Part shown: positions 1-7,582 of the stretch, piece after piece
How positions within the stretch are numbered: position 1 is the stretch's first letter
Layout: each line of letters begins with the position of its first letter
Virus record (IMG/VR): IMGVR_UViG_643348545_000006
Coordinates: 1-45,254 of that record
Origin: a virus
Lineage: Duplodnaviria; Heunggongvirae; Uroviricota; Caudoviricetes
DNA: 45,254 nt
Direction: 5' to 3' (one strand)
Program-made: the position numbers and the translations under genes
Notes under the pieces: generated by a model
Seen by the model: the letters and a program-made list of their open reading frames with translations, nothing else
What the model was told of the DNA's origin: nothing
Databases searched by the model: none

Positions 1-1020
1 CTACTTGCTAACCACGAGCGGCAGATCCAGTGTTGGTGTGATTTTTGTTTTACGATCGTAAATCAACACCTGATTTTCTGTTTTATGCCCGCTGAAAATT
101 TGTTTGTCGCGACTGCTGCCTTCGTAATCTGAGATCCCCTTGGCTTTTATGTCGTGAAAATTGCACCCGAACGGAACGCCAACTTTTTGCTCGGCTGAGC
201 GTTTAGCCTGATTCCACCAGTTGTTCAGCGTTTTAGCTATGACTTTCCCGCCTTTGGTTGTATTGATCACATATTCGCATGTACAGGAAGATACATTTCG
301 GGCTAACTGGATCGCTGTACGTAATCGCGGTGACCATTCCTTGATTTGTTTGGTGCCGGTTTTGTTTTGCTCAATGTAGATCCCTTTATCCATAATATCC
401 TGCCATTTCAACTCAAGCACATCACCGAGCCTTGCCGCACAGAGATAGGAAATCTCCATTGCAATGCGTAACTGTGGAATTGCTTCCGCATATATCGCTG
501 CATACTGTTCATCGGTGATGTAAACAGTGCGGGCTTTAAGAGAGAATTTTCTGACTCCTTTACATGGGTTATTCTTCACGTATCCACGCTCATATCCCCA
601 CCCGTATACTCGACTCAGGCTTGCCAGTTCATGATTTGCCTGGGTCTTGCTCTCAAGCCCTCGTTTATCCATGAAAATTCTTACCTGCTCAGTTTTGACA
701 TTATCAGCAAGCACTTTTCCGAATACCATCAGCAACGCCTTCTGATGTTGTCGATAATCTTTTTGGGTTCGGGGGGCCAGTTCTGTAAATGCAGGGGAGT
801 CCATAAACATGTGCCATAATTTAGCTACGGTCATTATGTTGTGGAGTTTTGCTTTTTCCAGTTCATAATTTTGCCAGACTTTAGCTACGCTGGTTTTCCG
901 CACTCTTCCTAGCCCTATAGTTCTTGTACTTCCTTCTGGTTTCCACACGTAACTGTAACCATTCGATCTAACCCGCGGTGGCAGTACATTATCTTTTTTA
1001 TTTTTTCTTGGTCTTCCCAT
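1..1020 (-). CDS. int: Phage integrase, tyrosine recombinase (lambda Int family)
   Basis: 339-aa ORF whose stop codon is at window position 1-3; translation has the overall layout of lambdoid integrases; lies at the prophage end next to an xis-like ORF. Confidence 0.9.
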   Translation of the reverse strand: MGRPRKNKKDNVLPPRVRSNGYSYVWKPEGSTRTIGLGRVRKTSVAKVWQNYELEKAKLHNIMTVAKLWHMFMDSPAFTELAPRTQKDYRQHQKALLMVFGKVLADNVKTEQVRIFMDKRGLESKTQANHELASLSRVYGWGYERGYVKNNPCKGVRKFSLKARTVYITDEQYAAIYAEAIPQLRIAMEISYLCAARLGDVLELKWQDIMDKGIYIEQNKTGTKQIKEWSPRLRTAIQLARNVSSCTCEYVINTTKGGKVIAKTLNNWWNQAKRSAEQKVGVPFGCNFHDIKAKGISDYEGSSRDKQIFSGHKTENQVLIYDRKTKITPTLDLPLVVSK

Positions 1021-1240
1021 TGTTCAGTGCCTCAAAATCGGGTTCAGCAGAAACCAGTTCAGATGTTTTTGGCATCGTTGTCAGTCCGTGTGGAATATCC
1101 CTGCGTAGAACTATTGGTTCGTTTTTAGGACCGATTACAAATGGGATGCCGTGCAGTCTTAACTGGTGTTGCTGTTTTGTGTATCGCTCGTATTTCGTGA
1201 TCTCTTTAATCTCTGCTGGAGATAGAGTTAATTCGTACAT
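998..1240 (-). CDS. xis: Putative excisionase
   Basis: 80-aa ORF immediately upstream of int on the same strand, overlapping the int start by 23 nt (typical xis-int arrangement); basic C-terminus. Function inferred from position and size only. Confidence 0.5.
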   Translation of the reverse strand: MYELTLSPAEIKEITKYERYTKQQHQLRLHGIPFVIGPKNEPIVLRRDIPHGLTTMPKTSELVSAEPDFEALNNGKTKKK

Positions 1241-1307
1241 GTGGTCACGTGCCTTTACAGCATGACCGCCGCCACTATAGCTGGTGGGCGGCGATATGGG
1301 TTGAACA

Positions 1308-3779
1308 TTAAAAATCAGCCTGACTCGGGATCAGTTTTTGCCAGATAGCTGAAACGTATTTTGCCTGATAACGGGCGTCATCAAGTGCATTATGGCGCTC
1401 ACCTTCGAATGGGGTAGCAGTTCTGGCATCGAAGTCTATGGCTTTCCCCAGCTCAACGATTGTGCGTACATCGCGATCGTTGTAGTAACGCCACGGGCAG
1501 GGGATCCCCTGCCGTTCGTATGAACGGCGCAAAATCGTGTTGTCGAAGTTGGCTCCATTTCCCCAGACCTGAACAAAAAATTCACCGGAGTTTTCGTCGA
1601 TAAATTCCCGCAATTGTAACAGTGCATCATCTAACGGGATTTCATCGGTCATAATGGCAGATTGCGCTTCGCGTGATTGCTTAAGCCACCATTTAATGGT
1701 GTCCCGATCAATGACCCCGCCAGCAGTTTCCAGATCGATAGTCTTACTAAATTCCGGTCCCATATCTCCGGTTTGCGGATCGAAAAATATTGCACCTATT
1801 GAGATGATCGGGGCATCAGGATTTTTTCCCATGGTTTCAAGGTCAATCATCAGATGGTGCCACAACCTGCTGGTGGATGTGATAACGTGATGACCGTTCA
1901 CCGTAATTAAGGGATCTGCCGTCTCGCCAGTTTCACTATCGCTGGCGTGATCCTGAGCGCTGCCAGCATTCTCCTTGTGTGGATGTTCAGCGCCTTCCAT
2001 TTCCTCCGGATCATCTTCCTGAACTTCAACCTGATACTCTTCATCGAATGTTTCCTGGTATGTTGCGTCGCCCATCACCGCGCCACAATCAGGGCAGTTG
2101 CCGCCGCCGGTCTGACCGCAGGCGGTGCAGATCTTTTCCGGTTCCTGTTGCACTACTGGTTCAGGTTGTTTCGTTTCTGGCTCGTTTTGTAACGCATTTG
2201 GGCTGTTTTGTTCCGCTTTCTGGTCGTTCTGTTCCGATTCTTGCTGGTTCTGGTCTACAGAATCGCGGGTTTCAATCCCCTTTACCCATTTCGGATCATT
2301 CGGGTCGCTAATCCCTGCAACAAATTCTCCGCGAGAGGCAGCAAGCAACTTATCGGCGTCAGGCTGGCTGATACTGGCTGCCTGCATAATTTTGTTTACT
2401 TCGTCAGCGGTAACTTTTACCAGGTCTGGTTGTGCGGTCGTGTCAGATGCATCAGTATTTTGTTGTGAACCTGTGTATGTGCCGTTTTTGCGTGCGAAGT
2501 ATTCCTCTTTTGTGATTTCCGTAGCTCCCAAGGCTAGTGCTTTTTCCAGACCAGAAAGTTTGTTTGCGCGACCGTATTTTTCGCCATCCTTGTCGGTGAA
2601 GAGGAAGTAGAACGGCCCCTCACGCTCTACAGATGGTTCGACTTCCACTTTGCATTCGGTTTTTTCGTTGCCCGGAATTGCCGTTTCCACTGCATCAGTT
2701 TCTGGTACTGGCGACGGGAGAGTATCAGTTGCGCTCTGATTTCTTCCTTCATCTTCAAACACGCCCTTTGTAGTCAGGTATTCAGTAATGTATTTGTTCA
2801 GTGCCACAGGGTCTTTGTGAATGTCGATCGGACGTTCACGGACAAGGCCAAAAATAGTCTGGCGGTCGTAGCGAAGGGCATCAGGCTGTTTGCGCATTGA
2901 TGCCGAGATACGCTTCCAGTCTTCGCGGTCGTTGTCGATAACTTCATTTTTTGCCCAGCGATGGATGCTGCCGTCAATGTTTCCGGCATCCACATCACCA
3001 GGCCAGAGAGCGTAGGCCAGTTCGTCATCCAGTGTTTTCCATGTCTGCTTGTATTCGCGATGAATGGCAGCAATGACCGGGCTGATTTTTCCTGTTGAAT
3101 TTTCACTGTGCTGTTGATTGGTTCTGGCGCGGGCGAGATCAACAACAGACGTGTATTTTCCGGTTTCCTTGCGTTCACCTTCGCGACGTTTTTTCCAGAT
3201 GCGCATCTCTGCCTGAATTTCGGGCCATTTAGCACCAGGAATACATTTATGCTTAACCCACCCAATGGCGTGCAACTTAAGCTCCGGATACATGGCGTTA
3301 ACTTCTGGCATTTTCATCAACGCTTCAACGATATGTCCGTCGAATGTTGCCATGTCTTCCTGCAACAATTCCTGTGCGCTAATAACCATATCAACGGTGA
3401 TGTTTTCACATGTGTCGAACTTAACCATGACAGCGTTCTGTACTTCAGGGGCCAGCTTGTCAAAAGTGACGTTCATCGGATCGGATTCAGTCTCAACCGG
3501 GACAAAGGAAGCAGACTCCTCATCCCAGCGGTTTTCCTGCATATATTCAGCATCCCAGGAATCGAGGGCAGGGCGGGGTATACCGGGTTTATCCTCGCAG
3601 ACAAGAAATTTATAAGCGCAGTCCTGAGCAGCCGGATAATGCTCCAGGAATTGCCAGTGAAATTTTGCGCGGGCGCGACGTTCATCACCGGCTTCAATGG
3701 CAGTGGCTACAGCGACGGCACCTTCTTCCTTTATTGCCTGTTCGTCCGGAATGGCGGCGCAAATAAAGACTTTACTCAT
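1308..3779 (-). CDS. Prophage exonuclease, 823 aa, with Cys4 zinc ribbon and C-terminal DEDDh-type 3'-5' exonuclease domain (YdfE-like N-terminus)
   Basis: N-terminus MSKVFICAAIPDE resembles the Qin ydfE fragment as recalled; internal CTACGQTGGGNCPDCG zinc ribbon; C-terminus carries DLETMG, NGANFD and H-x4-D (HNALDDARY) motifs typical of DnaQ-like exonucleases. Confidence 0.75.
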   Translation of the reverse strand: MSKVFICAAIPDEQAIKEEGAVAVATAIEAGDERRARAKFHWQFLEHYPAAQDCAYKFLVCEDKPGIPRPALDSWDAEYMQENRWDEESASFVPVETESDPMNVTFDKLAPEVQNAVMVKFDTCENITVDMVISAQELLQEDMATFDGHIVEALMKMPEVNAMYPELKLHAIGWVKHKCIPGAKWPEIQAEMRIWKKRREGERKETGKYTSVVDLARARTNQQHSENSTGKISPVIAAIHREYKQTWKTLDDELAYALWPGDVDAGNIDGSIHRWAKNEVIDNDREDWKRISASMRKQPDALRYDRQTIFGLVRERPIDIHKDPVALNKYITEYLTTKGVFEDEGRNQSATDTLPSPVPETDAVETAIPGNEKTECKVEVEPSVEREGPFYFLFTDKDGEKYGRANKLSGLEKALALGATEITKEEYFARKNGTYTGSQQNTDASDTTAQPDLVKVTADEVNKIMQAASISQPDADKLLAASRGEFVAGISDPNDPKWVKGIETRDSVDQNQQESEQNDQKAEQNSPNALQNEPETKQPEPVVQQEPEKICTACGQTGGGNCPDCGAVMGDATYQETFDEEYQVEVQEDDPEEMEGAEHPHKENAGSAQDHASDSETGETADPLITVNGHHVITSTSRLWHHLMIDLETMGKNPDAPIISIGAIFFDPQTGDMGPEFSKTIDLETAGGVIDRDTIKWWLKQSREAQSAIMTDEIPLDDALLQLREFIDENSGEFFVQVWGNGANFDNTILRRSYERQGIPCPWRYYNDRDVRTIVELGKAIDFDARTATPFEGERHNALDDARYQAKYVSAIWQKLIPSQADF

Positions 3780-3873
3780 TTTGTTTTACCTCATTACAGA
3801 TTTCAGGGTGAACGAATCCCTGCCATTGCTGGCATTTTTAATCCGTTGGTATGGCGTTAATATGGCTGGCGGG

Positions 3874-4062
3874 TTATCCAGCCGGTATTTCGTTATTCAG
3901 GTTCAGCGATACTTTTTTTAACGGGAGGCATTCACCGGGGATTTTTTGTTCGTCCCTTACCTGAATGCAGGATGACTTACTGTCATAAATTCCGGTAATC
4001 ACATTTTGTGGCTCACCCGTTATAAGAAAAACGGTCATCACCAGTGCAAATGCTGAAGTCAC
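3874..4062 (-). CDS. ydfD: YdfD-like small lysis protein
   Basis: 62-aa translation MTSAFALVMTVFLITGEPQNVITGIYDSKSSCIQV... closely matches recalled Qin YdfD; translationally coupled (4-nt overlap) to dicB upstream. Confidence 0.75.
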   Translation of the reverse strand: MTSAFALVMTVFLITGEPQNVITGIYDSKSSCIQVRDEQKIPGECLPLKKVSLNLNNEIPAG

Positions 4063-4247
4063 TGCTGTTCTCCGATAATACCAAGTTCAAGAAGGGCAAT
4101 TCTGGAAAGTATGGAATTATCATTGAGAAGATAAGGTTCATATTTTCTCATCTTAATGGCATCTTCCGTAAACTCCCGGTTACTGAGCAGAACACCAATA
4201 TCAAAACAACCTTCAGACGTATTAACGTTTGGTAATAACGTTTCCAT
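4059..4247 (-). CDS. dicB: Cell division inhibitor DicB
   Basis: 62-aa translation METLLPNVNTSEGCFDIGV...FTEDAI... closely matches recalled E. coli DicB (MKTLLPNVNTSEGCFEIGV...); same size; sits directly downstream of DicF as in Qin. Confidence 0.85.
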   Translation of the reverse strand: METLLPNVNTSEGCFDIGVLLSNREFTEDAIKMRKYEPYLLNDNSILSRIALLELGIIGEQQ

Positions 4248-4427
4248 TATCGCGTCCTCAACAATGAATTTTGTGATGCGGTGCCTGGTGCCTCCAGGTG
4301 ACGTTAACCAGTTAACAATTAACGCCGGATACAGAGCATTCCCGTTACGCCCGTAAAAGACCGCTTGTTTTAACTGTTCCGCGTGCGCTGAGCCGCATTC
4401 ACCGCATCACAAAATTCACTTTAAAAA

Positions 4428-4480
4428 GGGCGGCAGAGCAGTCACGGAGTAAAACTGATACCGCCAAATGTCACCAGAAA
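4428..4480 (-). ncRNA. dicF: DicF small RNA (ftsZ-targeting sRNA)
   Basis: Minus-strand sequence TTTCTGGTGACATTTGGCGGTATCAGTTTTACTCCGTGACTGCTCTGCCGCCC followed by a T-run matches recalled 53-nt DicF with one mismatch; upstream 8-bp stem (4517-4552) fits a processing structure. Confidence 0.8.
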
Positions 4481-4822
4481 ATTGATAACAGAGGGCGTTG
4501 TAGCGGGGTTGTCACTTAAGCGTATGGTCAACCTGACAACCCGGTGCATTTTCTGGAGCAATGGAGGAAACCCCAGCCATACTTACCGCCGCGCCATTTC
4601 GCGGATTGCCACAACCGGAAGCGCACGGTCGACGAAAATTTAACGACAGGCTATCTATGAACCAGCTACCTCGCCGTGCGCTTTCGCGTTATGGTCTGAC
4701 TTTTCAGGGAAATATCCTTTCAGTAAACTGTCAGTGCCGGATTCTTATCCGTGTCCGGCGCACGACCACACGCTGTCACGAGAGGTCTCCATTCTCAACC
4801 AGTAACCTCAATGGAGGATAAA

Positions 4823-5017
4823 ATGTCAGAGCAGGAGTTAAAACTTGGTGCATGTTATTGTGTTCTCAAGGAGCTGGTACACATGCTTCCATCTACTCAG
4901 TATCAACAGTTAGTTGGCAATTTAAATCAGCGAATCGAAGCTATGTTAAAATCTGATGGTTTTAATAACGTAGAAACGCTGATGCTAAAAAGATATCTTG
5001 ATGGATTAATCAGATAA
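4823..5017 (+). CDS. Hypothetical small protein (64 aa), AT-rich, opposite in orientation to the leftward early operon
   Basis: ATG at 4823 preceded by GGAGGA with about 5-nt spacing; markedly AT-rich coding sequence; overlaps the 3' end of the convergent 116-aa gene by 12 nt. Confidence 0.4.
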   Translation: MSEQELKLGACYCVLKELVHMLPSTQYQQLVGNLNQRIEAMLKSDGFNNVETLMLKRYLDGLIR

Positions 5018-5356
5018 CATTTTTTTACGGCGTTCATATTCGTTAATATTTATGAAGCCTGTTGCCAGAAGCAGTTCGTTAATTTCATGGTTGTTTGGCT
5101 GTTTCTGGCTCTTTGAACTGGGATCTTCCACTTCTTTTTCTGCAAATTGTTTTGCTGTATCCTCTGTGCCATGGATATTTAAAGCTGTATCTGAAAACAG
5201 CCCAGTAAACGCATCGCGCACATTACGAGCCATATTATCAGTGTCTTTTTTTGTTACCGATTCCAATTCAAGTTCGTTCAGACGATGACGAAGTGTGTGT
5301 GCTGCAATCTCCTGGATTGAAGGAGGTAAATCTTTAAATTCCATCGTCAACCTCAT
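5006..5356 (-). CDS. Hypothetical early-left operon protein (116 aa)
   Basis: ORF translationally coupled to the upstream 77-aa ORF (start and stop share 1 nt at 5356); no recognisable motif. Confidence 0.5.
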   Translation of the reverse strand: MRLTMEFKDLPPSIQEIAAHTLRHRLNELELESVTKKDTDNMARNVRDAFTGLFSDTALNIHGTEDTAKQFAEKEVEDPSSKSQKQPNNHEINELLLATGFININEYERRKKMLSD

Positions 5357-5589
5357 CAGTCAGTGTTTCTGGTTAACCAGCGACGCGCGCCAGCTTCAGT
5401 TTTAAACGTTTTGCTTCTGGTATACGTCATCGCGGTAAACGTACCGTCCTGGTTGGGGAACACGCCACATACCAGAGATTCGCTGTTGCCAAGATCGATA
5501 GTATCCATGCTGACCTCATTTCCCCTTAACGCCGGGGTAGCGGAACAAAAACCTGCTGCATAGTTATTAAAGTTGAACCCTGCCGTCAT
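5356..5589 (-). CDS. Hypothetical early-left operon protein (77 aa), first gene downstream of the left operators
   Basis: ORF begins about 100 bp downstream (minus strand) of the paired left operator palindromes; no recognisable motif. Confidence 0.5.
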   Translation of the reverse strand: MTAGFNFNNYAAGFCSATPALRGNEVSMDTIDLGNSESLVCGVFPNQDGTFTAMTYTRSKTFKTEAGARRWLTRNTD

Positions 5590-5687
5590 GTTCTTACGCC
5601 TCGGGCTGGCTACTTACCCCCTGACCACTGCCTGGTAACTCGAAGTATTGCCCTGCGTTCTGTGGGGAGGGTGGGTGATGAATAAAC

Positions 5688-5728
5688 AATAGCACTGCTA
5701 TTTTATTCTGTAAATAGTAATGCTATTG
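5688..5728. promoter_or_regulatory. Left operator pair (OL-like): two 17-bp palindromic repressor sites
   Basis: AATAGCACTGCTATT (5688-5702, dyad-symmetric about a central base) and AAATAGTAATGCTATTG (5712-5728), centres 25 bp apart; same motif family recurs in the repressor/cro intergenic region. Confidence 0.55.
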
Positions 5729-5741
5729 TTTTTTGGAGGTA

Positions 5742-5768
5742 AGAAAAAAAAACCACCCGAAGGTGGTT
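5742..5768 (-). terminator. Rho-independent terminator ending the repressor-antitoxin-toxin operon
   Basis: On the minus strand, stem AACCACC / GGTGGTT with a 4-nt loop followed by a run of 9 T; located just after the toxin stop and before the left operators. Confidence 0.6.
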
Positions 5769-5782
5769 GTTGGTAGGAATGA

Positions 5783-6073
5783 TTAACAGCTTTTGTTTGG
5801 ATACTGCCTTCGTGAGTGAACTACATTTACGATCTCGATGTTAGATGCTGTTACTCGGTAAAGTATTATGTAGTTAGGATGGGTCACTATCTCACGAAGG
5901 CCTAGAGCTCTTTCGCTTGGTGGATACAGGTAAGGGTGTTCAGTAAGTGACAAAACTGATGTTTCAATGCGTATTTTTAGTCTACGTGCAGCGGGAGGGT
6001 TTTCCTTGGCAATATAGGCTACGATCTGACGCAAATCATCACGCGCAGAAGGTAGCCATAAAATGGGCAGCAT
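5783..6073 (-). CDS. RelE/ParE-family type II toxin
   Basis: 96-aa translation has the RelE/ParE-like pattern (LPILWLPSARDDL...YIAKENP...GLREIVTHPNYIILYRV...IEIVNVVHSRR); start overlaps the upstream small ORF by 1 nt. Confidence 0.8.
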   Translation of the reverse strand: MLPILWLPSARDDLRQIVAYIAKENPPAARRLKIRIETSVLSLTEHPYLYPPSERALGLREIVTHPNYIILYRVTASNIEIVNVVHSRRQYPNKSC

Positions 6074-6264
6074 TACTCACTCCTGTTCGTCGAAGCTATT
6101 TGCGCAATAAGGTTTTCCATTTCAGCCATTACTTCGTCATGCGGAATTGCAGGACGGGGGTCTGCGAGGCTTGCTGCCACTTTGGTGCGTAACCATTCGT
6201 TATAGCTGTTTTCTTGTTCGATTGTTTCAAATTCTGAAATTATCGGGGAAAGGACTGTACTCAT
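6073..6264 (-). CDS. Putative antitoxin (63 aa) partnered with the RelE/ParE toxin
   Basis: Small acidic ORF directly upstream of and overlapping the toxin gene; GAGGAGG ribosome binding site; 17 bp after the repressor stop, suggesting co-transcription. Confidence 0.65.
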   Translation of the reverse strand: MSTVLSPIISEFETIEQENSYNEWLRTKVAASLADPRPAIPHDEVMAEMENLIAQIASTNRSE

Positions 6265-6281
6265 GTTCTAACCTCCTCAGA

Positions 6282-6782
6282 TTAGGCGCGAAGACCTTTT
6301 TGCGCCTCTAGCCACCGCGCAACGGTTTCTTCAATTGATTCTTTTTTCTCCTTCATTTCCTTAAGCATTTTCTCTTTGTCTTCTTTTGGGAAAGCCCTGA
6401 ACGTCTGGATCAAATCTCGCTCTATAGGTTCTATATTAAACGGAAGTTCGTTTTCCGATTGTTCCATCTCTGCGGGTAAAGCGACAACATTATCCTGCTG
6501 CAGTTCTTGGGGGTACATCCTTACAATTCGTAACAAGTCTGCCATATCTGGTCTAATTGACTCAGGCGGAACTTGTAGCAACCCAGCGAACTTGATAACA
6601 GCCTCTAGATTTAAAGGTGTCTGACCATTTAGATAATGGCTTACTGCCCCTTGTGTCGAAAAACCCAGAATTTCTGCCGCACGCTCTTGGGTTAACCCAA
6701 GTTGAGTTTTTTTCGTCGTCCAGATTTCTTTCAGTCTCTGGGCGGCTTGCAGGTCGATCTCTGACAGGGGTTTTCTTTTCAT
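6282..6782 (-). CDS. Prophage repressor, HTH XRE family (cI/RacR-like position), no S24 peptidase domain evident
   Basis: 166 aa with N-terminal helix-turn-helix (QERAAEILGFSTQGAVSHYLNG); divergent from a Cro-like gene across an operator-containing intergenic region. Confidence 0.8.
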   Translation of the reverse strand: MKRKPLSEIDLQAAQRLKEIWTTKKTQLGLTQERAAEILGFSTQGAVSHYLNGQTPLNLEAVIKFAGLLQVPPESIRPDMADLLRIVRMYPQELQQDNVVALPAEMEQSENELPFNIEPIERDLIQTFRAFPKEDKEKMLKEMKEKKESIEETVARWLEAQKGLRA

Positions 6783-6816
6783 ACCTTCAATTCTAATAAG
6801 ATTATTAATCTCTTTG

Positions 6817-6858
6817 AAATAGCAGTGCTATTTACTTTTAAAAATAACAATGCTATTA
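6817..6858. promoter_or_regulatory. Right operator pair (OR-like) in the repressor/cro divergent promoter region
   Basis: AAATAGCAGTGCTATTT (6817-6833, 17-bp palindrome) and AAATAACAATGCTATTA (6842-6858), centres 25 bp apart, between divergent repressor and cro-like genes. Confidence 0.55.
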
Positions 6859-6889
6859 ATATTCATGGTCACATAACATGAGGTGAACA

Positions 6890-7153
6890 ATGAATCTTGG
6901 AGAATATTTGCATCATTCCCGTATAACCCAGAAAGATTTTGCTGAAATTGTTGGGGTAACCCAAGGGATGGTAAGCCATGTTATTACTGGACGGGCGAAA
7001 CTTACGGGGGGGAAAGTTTTACGCTGGTGTGAAGCAACAGGGTGGGTAGTGACCCCGCACGAGATTGATAGCAGTACTTACCCCAACCCAACCGATGGCA
7101 TACCTGTTGACTATCAGGCTAACACACAACCCGCGCTGGGAGTTGATTCATGA
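6890..7153 (+). CDS. Cro-like HTH regulator (YdaS-like)
   Basis: 87 aa, HTH motif (QKDFAEIVGVTQGMVSHVITG), divergent from the repressor; first gene of the rightward operon. Confidence 0.7.
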   Translation: MNLGEYLHHSRITQKDFAEIVGVTQGMVSHVITGRAKLTGGKVLRWCEATGWVVTPHEIDSSTYPNPTDGIPVDYQANTQPALGVDS

Positions 7154-7575
7154 AAATCAAACATGAACACATCCGCATGGCGATGAATGCCTGGGCATAT
7201 CCTGATGGTGAGAAAGTGCCTGCAGCTGAAATAGCCCGGACTTATTTCGAACTTGGGATGACGTTCCCGGAACTGTACGACGACAGCCATCCGGAAGCCC
7301 TGGCCCGTAATACCCAGAAAATTTTCCGCTGGGTGGAGAAGGATACGCCTGATGCTGTTGAAAAAATTCAGGCGCTGTTACCGGCGATCGAAAAGGCGAT
7401 GCCGCCTTTGCTGGTGGCCCGTATGCGCAGTCACAGTTCTGAGTATTACCGGGAGATTGTCGAACGGCGGGATCGGCTGGTGAAGGATGTCGACGATTTT
7501 GTTGCGTCAGCGGTCGTTTTGTATGACCAGATAAATCGCGGCGGCCCGGCAGGGAATGCTGTGGTGATGCACTAA
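7150..7575 (+). CDS. YdaT-like early regulator (CII-position protein)
   Basis: 141 aa beginning MKIKHEHI, as recalled for Rac YdaT; overlaps the cro-like stop by 4 nt. Confidence 0.55.
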   Translation: MKIKHEHIRMAMNAWAYPDGEKVPAAEIARTYFELGMTFPELYDDSHPEALARNTQKIFRWVEKDTPDAVEKIQALLPAIEKAMPPLLVARMRSHSSEYYREIVERRDRLVKDVDDFVASAVVLYDQINRGGPAGNAVVMH

Positions 7576-7582
7576 AAGCACG

